Origin: Acaryochloris marina S15
Lineage (GTDB): Bacteria > Cyanobacteriota > Cyanobacteriia > Thermosynechococcales > Thermosynechococcaceae
Assembly (NCBI RefSeq): GCF_018336915.1
Contig: NZ_CP064923.1
Span: 3,810,001 to 3,842,000, forward strand
Reading direction: 5' to 3'
Length of the DNA: 32,000 bases
The position numbers and the translations under genes were made by a program. Below are positions 17,164 through 25,194 of the stretch, one piece after another. The stretch's first letter is position 1. Each line of letters starts with the position of its first letter. Below the pieces are notes generated by a model. That model saw nothing but the letters and a program-made list of their open reading frames with translations, was not told the origin of the DNA and made no database searches.

Positions 17164-18345
17164 TTAATATTCAGGTATAGAAGAATCGATTTCACGACTC
17201 CAGGCCGTAATTCCACCCGTAACATTGGTACCCGCAATGCCTGCTTCTTGTAGGAAGCCCAATGCTTTGGCCGAGCGACCCCCCATCTTGCAGTGAGCAA
17301 TGAGACGGTGACCATTCAGTAGCTCTTTGACTTTGGGAATGGCTTCACCACTCTCAATCTCAGACAAGGGGATCAAGACTGAGCCAGGGATGCGGGCAAT
17401 CTCATATTCATGGGGATTGCGAACATCCAAGAGGACAAAATCATCCGTACCGCTATCGAGCAATTGCTTGAGATCTTGAACCGTCATTTCTTCCATATTG
17501 GCTTGTTGCTCCGCTTCGGCTGCTTGGGCTTGGGGAATACCACAGAATTCTTGGTAATCCACCAGCTTTTCAATCACAGGTCGCTCTGGGTTGGGTCTGA
17601 GCTTTAACTCTCGAAACTTCATGTCAAGGGAGTTAAAGAGCAGCAAACGACCGCTCAAGGTTGTACCCTGACCCAAAATAATCTTAATCGCTTCGGTAGC
17701 CTGAATAATGCCAATAATTCCCGGCAAAATCCCCAGCACACCCCCTTCAGCACAAGAGGGCACCAGACCAGGAGGTGGGGGTTCTGGATACAAATCTCGA
17801 TAGTTGGGACCCCCTTCGTAGTTAAATACGGTGGCTTGGCCTTCAAATCGATAGATAGACCCATACACATTGGGTTTGTCTAATAAGACACAGGCATCGT
17901 TGACCAGGTAGCGGGTGGGGAAATTGTCTGTACCGTCAATGACAATGTCGTAAGGCTCAGCAATTTCTAGGGCGTTTTCTGAGGAGAGCCAGGTGTTATA
18001 AAGATCCACCTGACAGAGGGGGTTGATTTCGTGAATCCGATGTTTGGCGGACTCGATCTTAGGCTTGCCGACCCACGACGTTCCATGAATGACTTGGCGT
18101 TGGAGGTTGGAACTATCGACCACATCGGCATCAACAATGCCCAAACGGCCTACTCCGGCTGCTGCCAAATAGAGTAATAGCGGTGACCCTAAGCCCCCGG
18201 TGCCAACACAAAGGATGCTAGCGGCTTTTAAGCGTTTTTGTCCCTCTAGGCCCACCTCCGGCAAAATGAGGTGGCGAGAGAACCGCTCGTATTCTTCTTT
18301 ATTGAGCTGAATTTGGTCCAAGTTGGGATTAAGCATGACGGACAT
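17164..18345 (-). CDS. moeB: ThiF/MoeB-family E1-like adenylyltransferase fused to a C-terminal rhodanese domain (MoeB/MoeZ type)
   Basis: Nucleotide loop GTGGLGSPLLLYLAAAGVG, then IVDADVVDSSNLQRQ. The C-terminal rhodanese domain carries the active-site loop CKMGGRS. Confidence 0.9.
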   Translation of the reverse strand: MSVMLNPNLDQIQLNKEEYERFSRHLILPEVGLEGQKRLKAASILCVGTGGLGSPLLLYLAAAGVGRLGIVDADVVDSSNLQRQVIHGTSWVGKPKIESAKHRIHEINPLCQVDLYNTWLSSENALEIAEPYDIVIDGTDNFPTRYLVNDACVLLDKPNVYGSIYRFEGQATVFNYEGGPNYRDLYPEPPPPGLVPSCAEGGVLGILPGIIGIIQATEAIKIILGQGTTLSGRLLLFNSLDMKFRELKLRPNPERPVIEKLVDYQEFCGIPQAQAAEAEQQANMEEMTVQDLKQLLDSGTDDFVLLDVRNPHEYEIARIPGSVLIPLSEIESGEAIPKVKELLNGHRLIAHCKMGGRSAKALGFLQEAGIAGTNVTGGITAWSREIDSSIPEY

Positions 18346-18371
18346 CCTTAGAGGAAAGATGTATGAGGTTT

Positions 18372-18878
18372 CTAAATATCTGTTTCAAGGGTTGATGTGA
18401 CCATAGCATCCACAACCGTGATTTGTTCTGCTCGAAATCGTTGCTGGTCATCCAGTATCCAATTGCGAAAGTCGTGGGGTACACCGTTTTCGACGGCAAC
18501 TATCACATAGGAATATTGGGGCCAAGCCCATTTGCGATCGCATTCAGAAGGCACGGCTTCGTGATCGGGATGTGAGTGGTAGACCCCTATAATATCCCAA
18601 CCCTGAGTGCGTGCGTATTTCTGAGCGTTAAATAAATCTTGAGGAGCAATCCAATAGCGACGGGTTGTGGTTAAAGGTGTTCCTGACTCTTCTTTTTGTA
18701 TGGATGATTCGGCTTGGTCCCAGGCATTATCTAGAGGATAGAGTTCAAACAGTTTTTTTTCTGATTGAGCGTCTGATTCTAGGATTTGCCCGAGCATCAG
18801 TCCACAGCATTCTTCTGGATAGCAGGCTTGGGCATGGGCATAGATCTGATCCATTTGATAGGGGTGAAGCGTTAGCAC
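18372..18878 (-). CDS. JAMM/MPN+ (Mov34) family metalloprotease
   Basis: The upstream Glu is in PEECCGLMLG and the JAMM motif is HSHPDHEAVPSECD (HxHx7Sx2D). The gene lies 26 nt upstream of the E1 gene on the same strand. The start could be GTG 18878 or the internal ATG (MDQIYAHA). Confidence 0.85.
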   Translation of the reverse strand: MLTLHPYQMDQIYAHAQACYPEECCGLMLGQILESDAQSEKKLFELYPLDNAWDQAESSIQKEESGTPLTTTRRYWIAPQDLFNAQKYARTQGWDIIGVYHSHPDHEAVPSECDRKWAWPQYSYVIVAVENGVPHDFRNWILDDQQRFRAEQITVVDAMVTSTLETDI

Positions 18879-19435
18879 GGCAATTTAATTAAATCGATCT
18901 ATCCTTACCCTCCCATGATTTTTTCCTGAGAGTTCTGAACCAATAGAAGATTTCAAGCTTTTCAACATCTCCTTGTGGGGATTGAAGTGAGAGCAGCTAC
19001 TCCAAAGTAAGCCACTGAACTTGTTCTTCCTTCAGCTGTGTCTCTCTTGTTTATCTGGATACGTAAAAATGCTGAACTGCAAGCAAAACGCTATGAACAA
19101 GGATCCCTAAGATGATTTGCTTAAGCCCCTTAAACTGCTTATTGATAATAGATTGCAATTGGTAGCTAGATATGACAGCATGATGTCTATGGTAATGACG
19201 TGGTCAGCATAATACTCATTAGTCAACAGTCTGAATCAATGAGCGGTGCTGATAAATAGGTCTTTACGTATGTCGTTTGCTAACCCAAAAAAGGCAAATG
19301 ATGTTGAGTGAGTTTTAATCGCAGCGAGATGGCCCAATTCCTATCTTGATCTCAAGGTTAACGATGTTCCATTCACCCCCCTACTTTAGAAATAGTTGAT
19401 CGACGGGTAACCCTTGGCAACTTCACTCAAGAGAA

Positions 19436-19933
19436 TTGCACGATATGTCTTACGATCCTCAGACTTATTCCTCTTATGAAATGAACTGGCAGTTGCACAG
19501 TCAAGCAGGAAATCAGTGTTTTCAAGCAGGGTCACATCTGGAGGCGCTACAGGCCTATCGCAAAGCCATTGCTTTAGCTGAATTGATGTTGATGACTGCC
19601 AAGAAAGAGCGTCGTCACCCGGAAGCCATTCATGCCTATGCGATTGCTTGCCACAATTTGGCCGATAATTTAGTAAAACTTGAGGATCTCCATGTTGCAG
19701 AAACAACGATGCAACAAGTCTTAGATCAAGTGGTTGATTTGATGTATGCCACCCAATATTCTCAATGTCTTCGCATAGAAGCTGCGAAAGCGTTGAAAAT
19801 GGTTAGCCTCAAGATCTATGAGTTTTATCAGCGTTTAGGACAGCCTGATAAAGCTTATAAGGTGTTTTCGCAAGCTTCTGAGCTTGCTCAGACGTTTTTC
19901 AGTCAGATACAACCTCGGTTGTTGCGTGTATAG
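19436..19933 (+). CDS. hypothetical protein with a TPR-like helical repeat
   Basis: 165-aa ORF directly upstream of sodN. GNQCFQAGSHLEALQAYRKAIALAE reads as a TPR unit. An antisense ORF (19386-19706) overlaps it, and I prefer the + frame because of its helical-repeat character. Confidence 0.45.
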   Translation: MHDMSYDPQTYSSYEMNWQLHSQAGNQCFQAGSHLEALQAYRKAIALAELMLMTAKKERRHPEAIHAYAIACHNLADNLVKLEDLHVAETTMQQVLDQVVDLMYATQYSQCLRIEAAKALKMVSLKIYEFYQRLGQPDKAYKVFSQASELAQTFFSQIQPRLLRV

Positions 19934-19994
19934 TATTCATGGATTTGACTGACACCTTGGCGAAGATTGTTTCGATTCAGATTAAGGATTAGTT

Positions 19995-20474
19995 ATGGTT
20001 CTGCGACAAATTACGACCCAAATTAAGCGTTGGTTCCCGGCTCCTATTGCTCATGCTCATTGTGATGGTCCCTGTGGGGTTTATGATCCAGCGACAGCAA
20101 GGATTTATACAGAAGCGGTAGTCTCGATGACTCGCAAGATTTTGGATCTACAACCGCCAGCCGATCAAAATCCGCAAGCTATGGCGACTTATCTGAATAC
20201 GATGTCCCGATATATTCAAATTAAAGAAGAGCAGGCCCAGAAGGCTAAAGAAGAAATTTTGATCCTGTGGACAGACTATTTTAAGCCCCAGCACCTGGAG
20301 CAATATCCTAATTTGCACGACATGTTTTGGAAAGCAGCGAAGCTTTGCTCTTCTTGCAAGGTGGAGGTCAACCTCCAACATGCTGAAGAACTCCTAACTG
20401 CGGTTGAGGAAGTGCATAAAGTCTTTTGGGCCACTAAAAACCGCACAGATGTGTCCTGGTACAAAGCCAGTTAA
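19995..20474 (+). CDS. sodN: nickel-containing superoxide dismutase precursor
   Basis: Nickel-hook motif HCDGPCGVYDP, preceded by a 21-aa leader (MVLRQITTQIKRWFPAPIAHA) that must be removed to expose His1. Confidence 0.95.
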   Translation: MVLRQITTQIKRWFPAPIAHAHCDGPCGVYDPATARIYTEAVVSMTRKILDLQPPADQNPQAMATYLNTMSRYIQIKEEQAQKAKEEILILWTDYFKPQHLEQYPNLHDMFWKAAKLCSSCKVEVNLQHAEELLTAVEEVHKVFWATKNRTDVSWYKAS

Positions 20475-20835
20475 ACCAGATTTCCCTGCAAATTCATCAC
20501 TCCCAGACTGCACCGTTTGGGAGTTCTTGTTATGGTGCTGCCGCCGCCGTCGACGTTGGGAAGTGCAAGGACGATCCATGCTACCGACGTTAAATCCTGG
20601 CGATCAGGTTTTGCTTCATCCAGGGGCCTATCATCTGACGACTCCCCAAGCGGGAGAGATTGTGTTGGCGCGGCATCCTTTTCAGCATCAGCTTTATTTA
20701 ATCAAGCGTATTCAGTCAGTGAACAACAATTCCTATTTCCTGATAGGAGACAACACAGCTGAAAGTACAGATAGTCGAGTCTTTCATGCTGTCTCTCTAG
20801 ATTATATTGTTGGCAAAGTCACTAGTTTTTTTTAG
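20449..20835 (+). CDS. sodX: S26-family signal-peptidase-like Ni-SOD maturation protease
   Basis: Ser nucleophile in GRSMLPTLNPGD, Lys in LIKRI, and GDNTAESTDSR. The start is uncertain: ATG 20404 or ATG 20449 (both overlap sodN), or TTG 20527. Confidence 0.85.
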   Translation: MCPGTKPVKPDFPANSSLPDCTVWEFLLWCCRRRRRWEVQGRSMLPTLNPGDQVLLHPGAYHLTTPQAGEIVLARHPFQHQLYLIKRIQSVNNNSYFLIGDNTAESTDSRVFHAVSLDYIVGKVTSFF

Positions 20836-21347
20836 GATTTAGGGCATTCCAGCAGATGCAAGGGGAGAGATGGTTGAATTTCTCAGGATTCACAATGGCA
20901 AAACTTCTATCCCCTAGCAGTAGTTTCCTGAAAATCCTCAACAATGATCGTATCTATAAAGATAAGCAAATTCAACTGTGTTGGTAAGCAAAGTTGCCAT
21001 AGCGTGTTAGGCATTAAATAAAGGGTGGTTTCGCTAATTCGCTGGAGAGTCATTGGTTCTACCTTTAATGACGAGCCTTCTATATAGTCGTCCTAAAATC
21101 TACAAGTGCGTAAAGAGTCAATCTGGAAAGTTTTAACCCTCTCTCGTTAACCGCAATTATGATGGGGCATGCCTTTGGCTGAAATGCATTCTTCGATACC
21201 TAAGCTTAAGCTGGAATATGGGCATCCTAAGTATATTGATGTTCACTGCCCCAAACCTACAGTGAGTAGGATTTAGCAACCTTTGCCAGTTTCTCTCTAC
21301 TCAGGCTGTGAACCGTTTGTTGCAATTGATACTGGTTTGTTTATTCC

Positions 21348-22268
21348 ATGACTTCACGTGTGGTTTCCCAGCAGCCTTCTCAGCCATTCGGCAGCTTGCT
21401 CGGTAGATTCTATCGATTTTTACGCCGTCCTTTCTATACTGTCAATGTCCCATCGCAGCCCCAACCTCTCAAAGATATTCTCAGGCTTTATGCATTAGCT
21501 TTAGTGCTTATTCTTCCTCTCGCAATTATGGTGGGTCTTCTGGCTGCGAAGCTGTCAAGCAGTCACGCTATCAGTGAGATGGCAGAGCAACCCTTACTGA
21601 TATTTACTATGGCAGTGGTGATTGCTCCGCCATTGGAAGAAGTTCTGTTTCGGCTACCTCTGCGCTACACTCCGGCAAATTTGACATTCCCTCTATTTCT
21701 ATGGCTACTTATCATCCTGGGCACATTAGCTAGTGCAAAGGTTATATCCGCCATATTGATGTTGCCTTTGTTATGCCTGGCTTTTTTGGGATGTGTGTTT
21801 TTACGAGTCTGGCTCAAGGAGAAGATGCCTGCCAAACCCATTCATAAACAATATGAGAAGTGGATTGGATGGTTCTTTTATGGCTCTACCATTATTTTTG
21901 GCCTGATTCATATTCCCAACTATCAGCTGATTAACGGGTCGGCTTTACTATTAGCACCGCTCTTGGTCTCCCCCCAGCTTCTGCTCGGTCTTTTCTTTGC
22001 CTTTGTCCGATTGAGGTATGGGTTTTGGTGGGGTGTGTTTACCCATGCGTTTCATAATGGTTTATTAGTCGGACAGATGCTTTTGTATCGGATGTTGACA
22101 CAACCATCAGGAACCCATGAAACTGCAGACATCGCCACCCATCCAGCACTGATGACGCTGATATTGAATCTGGGTCAGATTGCCTTTCTTCTATTGTGCC
22201 TCTTCATCGTGGTAAAAATGGTGCTTGAGTGGCGAGCTGAAGGACAAGTATCCCAAGCAAACAGTTAG
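21348..22268 (+). CDS. CPBP family (CAAX/Abi-type) intramembrane glutamic metalloprotease, paralogue 1
   Basis: Polytopic membrane protein with CPBP motifs EEVLFRLPLRY (EExxxR), FGLIH (FxxxH) and HAFHN (HxxxN). Confidence 0.8.
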   Translation: MTSRVVSQQPSQPFGSLLGRFYRFLRRPFYTVNVPSQPQPLKDILRLYALALVLILPLAIMVGLLAAKLSSSHAISEMAEQPLLIFTMAVVIAPPLEEVLFRLPLRYTPANLTFPLFLWLLIILGTLASAKVISAILMLPLLCLAFLGCVFLRVWLKEKMPAKPIHKQYEKWIGWFFYGSTIIFGLIHIPNYQLINGSALLLAPLLVSPQLLLGLFFAFVRLRYGFWWGVFTHAFHNGLLVGQMLLYRMLTQPSGTHETADIATHPALMTLILNLGQIAFLLLCLFIVVKMVLEWRAEGQVSQANS

Positions 22269-22589
22269 ATTTATTCTGGCAACCAGGGCAGAATCCTTTG
22301 GGAAAATAGCTTATATACGATTTTGCACTAAGGTTTCATCCGCTGCATTTGGCCCCTGATCCCTGAAAAATCTGACCTCAATGGCACTCGATATACCGCT
22401 GGATGCGTCGTAGTCTAGGGAGCATCTTACAAGCGACAGCATTGCTGCGCAGTGTTTAGCATTACAGTGAAAACAATCCCTTGCTATCACTGTTTCTGCT
22501 ATTGGCCTGAACATTAATGCAACGATTTATATCCCTCTTTTATGACCGCTTGGCCGTTAATTGCCTGGCGATTAATGCTGATTGAAATT

Positions 22590-23528
22590 ATGACTCATAG
22601 CATATCTTCCCCTCAGCCCTCTGACTTACCTCAAAGCCTGCTGGGTCGGTTTCTCAAGTTTTTAAGACATCCCCGCTATACGGTGAATGTGGCAACAGAG
22701 CATCAAGGTGTTATTGATGTTCTGAGGCTCTATGCATTGGCTTTAGTGACGGTTTTGCCCCTAGGTGTTTTGAGTTCCAGATTGGCAGATAATCTTGACT
22801 CTAGTAATAAAGTCTTAGAGATTACTAAAACCGTACCTATCTTGCAAATTATTCTGTTTGCGGTGATTCTGGCTCCGCTTTGGGAAGAAGCGGTCTTCCG
22901 ATTGCCTTTGCGCTATACCCCAATGAATCTAGCTATCCCTTTTTGTATCGGGATGATGTTGATTGTATCTTCCCTAACTGCGACTGATGTTCTCCCTCGC
23001 ATCGCTGGATTACCCTTGTTGGCTGGCACAGTTGTTCTAGCGGTCGTTCTATGGCTGTGGCTCAAGGAACTAGATTCTCAACCCATCCATACTTTTTATG
23101 AGAAATGGATAGGGTGGTTGTTTTATAGTTTTGCCTTAGCCTTTGGCCTAATTCATCTTGGGAACTTCACGAGTTTAGGTGCTCAGGCTTGGCTTTTAGC
23201 CCCCCTTTTGGTGTTGCCCCAAACTGTGATTGGGGTGTTTTTGGGATTTATTCGGTTGCGGTACGGGTTTTGGTGGGCAGTGTTGACCCATGGCTTTCAC
23301 AATGCCTGTGCAATCACGCCGCTGCTACTCGTGCGTCTGGGATCTGAGAATTTGCTTGAGAGTATGAGCAGTGGGATACAGGATAAGTCCTTGGCCGGAA
23401 CAGACTATGTGCTCATATTACTGGTGTCTACCTATGTGCTCGGCGGCCTATTGCTCTGTTTGATTACCGTGTGGAGGTTAATTGCAGAATGGCGAGCAGA
23501 ACACCGACAAGCTCGCCCCAATTCTTAG
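22590..23528 (+). CDS. CPBP family (CAAX/Abi-type) intramembrane glutamic metalloprotease, paralogue 2
   Basis: Motifs EEAVFRLPLRY, FGLIH and HGFHN. I moved the start to ATG 22590 because MTHSISSPQPSDLPQSLLGRFLKFL aligns with the N-terminus of paralogue 1 (MTSRVVSQQPSQPFGSLLGRFYRFL). The longest ORF starts at 22542. Confidence 0.8.
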   Translation: MTHSISSPQPSDLPQSLLGRFLKFLRHPRYTVNVATEHQGVIDVLRLYALALVTVLPLGVLSSRLADNLDSSNKVLEITKTVPILQIILFAVILAPLWEEAVFRLPLRYTPMNLAIPFCIGMMLIVSSLTATDVLPRIAGLPLLAGTVVLAVVLWLWLKELDSQPIHTFYEKWIGWLFYSFALAFGLIHLGNFTSLGAQAWLLAPLLVLPQTVIGVFLGFIRLRYGFWWAVLTHGFHNACAITPLLLVRLGSENLLESMSSGIQDKSLAGTDYVLILLVSTYVLGGLLLCLITVWRLIAEWRAEHRQARPNS

Positions 23529-23614
23529 GGAAAGTCAGGGCACAGTGACCTGGGCAAAGAGTGCAGCCTGGTTGCGATCGCAACCATTGAAACCTCCCCA
23601 AAATAGTGTTGACC

Positions 23615-24760
23615 CTAAGATTCTTTCGGCATCACAGGATAGCCCCGCACTGCTGTATCAATGACTTGGGTTGATTTAATTCGGCGAGAGAACAGTGCCA
23701 ATGTTTCTACTGCCCGCAGAATGCCATAGGAGAGCCAGCCTCGTAGGGCACTGGCCTGCCCATCAAAGGGGCGACAGCGAGCCAGGTCTGGTTCAAGAAC
23801 CTGTTGGCGAAACGTCTCAATCACAGCGGGATTAGAAAAAATGGCTAGGACTTCTTCTTCGATGCGATAGCTCAAAAAATCAAAATTTGAAGATCCCACC
23901 ACTAGATAGCGATCGTCGACCAGAGCTGCTTTCATATGGCTCATGCCGTCATAGAGGCGGACATCAAACCCCGACCGTTGGGCCTCCCACAAAAGATAAT
24001 CTCTCACAGTGCCTTTGTTGTTGCCTTCTGGTGTGAGTAGAGTGACGGGGACGCCCCGCTGAGGTAGTTCGGCTAGTGCCCCGCAGAACGGAAAGGTCAG
24101 ATAGGGACTGATAATATGCAGAGATTTCTGGGCGGAGCATAGCAAATCCATCGTTTGCGCAAATGTGGCTTCATTAGACCGACCATCCAGGAGGAAAAAC
24201 TCACAGTCTCCGAAATCAGCATGCCTGGGCTGGGATTGATCTTGCCAAGTCGCCACAAAATCTGCCCGCAGGAATTCCACCATTGCTGGGTCTTCTAGCC
24301 GAAACATCAGGTCATGCCAAGCAAAGTTATGGTCGCTGAAGTTAAAGCCGCCCACATAGGCAATGCGGTTATCGATCACGATCAGCTTTTTATGACTCCG
24401 CCCCACGAAGTGAATTAAGAAGGGACCCACCGGATTTGTAAAGCGAACCTGGCCTCCATCCTGTATTAGGGCTTCAAACATCGCGTGAGTCTGGCGGACC
24501 TCGGTTTTAAGTTCTTGATCCGACCAATATTTGGGATGGTAGATAAACTTGTCACTCTGAATAAATCGTGTGTAGTTATCCACCAAGATTTGTTTACAAG
24601 GAGCTGCAGATGCCCGCATTGCCTCGATGACATTCTGGCCCGTTTGATCGCCTTCAAAGGTCATCATCTGCAGCATGATTTCGTGGTTAGCTGCTTGCAG
24701 ATCGCTCTGGAGGCGCTGCCAAAAGGCATCCGCATCTACAAGAAGCTCCACATGATTCAT
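23615..24760 (-). CDS. phospholipase D superfamily protein with two HKD motifs (cardiolipin-synthase/PLD-like)
   Basis: HKD motif 1 is SHKKLIVIDNRIAYVGGFNFSD and HKD motif 2 is SHMKAALVDDRYLVVGSSNFD. There is no obvious N-terminal TM helix. Confidence 0.85.
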   Translation of the reverse strand: MNHVELLVDADAFWQRLQSDLQAANHEIMLQMMTFEGDQTGQNVIEAMRASAAPCKQILVDNYTRFIQSDKFIYHPKYWSDQELKTEVRQTHAMFEALIQDGGQVRFTNPVGPFLIHFVGRSHKKLIVIDNRIAYVGGFNFSDHNFAWHDLMFRLEDPAMVEFLRADFVATWQDQSQPRHADFGDCEFFLLDGRSNEATFAQTMDLLCSAQKSLHIISPYLTFPFCGALAELPQRGVPVTLLTPEGNNKGTVRDYLLWEAQRSGFDVRLYDGMSHMKAALVDDRYLVVGSSNFDFLSYRIEEEVLAIFSNPAVIETFRQQVLEPDLARCRPFDGQASALRGWLSYGILRAVETLALFSRRIKSTQVIDTAVRGYPVMPKES

Positions 24761-25194
24761 ACGCTAGACCTAACGATAAGGGATATCACAGTCCACCAAG
24801 GATTGTGCCCTTGATGTTACTTTCGCCAGAGTAACAAAGCTTGTTCCCTGCAGCAAAAATAGTCTCTCAAGAGGTTAGGCCTGGGTTAGAGAGGTATTGT
24901 GGATGCGATCTCATCCAGTATTGCCCGAGATTCACCTGACAAAGGCACAAGATGACAGACATCTATGCAATGTAAATTTGAGCAGTCTCTAAATAGTCTG
25001 AATTGACTCAAGCTAGAACTTGAAGCATTCATTTAAGAAAGCTTTTTACCTGTAAACGGATAAGACAGGGATAAAAGGGGAAGTAGCCTCAAAGATATTG
25101 AAAAATTCCATATGCCTCTTGCAGACTTCATTTTGGGCATCCTAAGACTAGGTTAATATCGATTTTAGAGAGTTCTCATTGAGAACCAAGCATT

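Noticed and set aside
17164-18878. E1 plus JAMM pair as an anti-phage ubiquitin-like (Bil or CBASS Cap2/Cap3-type) defence module
   Set aside because: The E1 carries the housekeeping-type C-terminal rhodanese domain. No E2 domain, Ubl, cyclase or effector is nearby. A sulfur-carrier (MoeZ/Mec-type) role is more parsimonious.
22311-22514. 67-aa Cys-containing antisense ORF between the two CPBP genes, considered as a possible bacteriocin or precursor peptide
   Set aside because: It is on the opposite strand to both proteases and has no leader or double-glycine motif and no RBS. I cannot support it without conservation data. The gap itself is flagged for small-ORF searching.
21348-24760. CPBP ('Abi') pair plus PLD-family gene as an abortive-infection or defence island
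   Set aside because: The 'Abi' label for CPBP proteases is historical. The PLD protein has two HKD motifs like lipid synthases or hydrolases, not the single-HKD form of Nuc-type nucleases. The genes are convergent, not co-oriented. No other defence hallmarks are present.
21218-25148. Shared 13-mer TGGGCATCCTAAG upstream of CPBP-1 (about 21218) and upstream of the cNMP-EAL gene (about 25133)
   Set aside because: Several exact 13-mer coincidences are expected by chance among all pairs in a 32-kb window (about 10^9 comparisons against 6.7x10^7 possible 13-mers), and the flanks do not extend the match.
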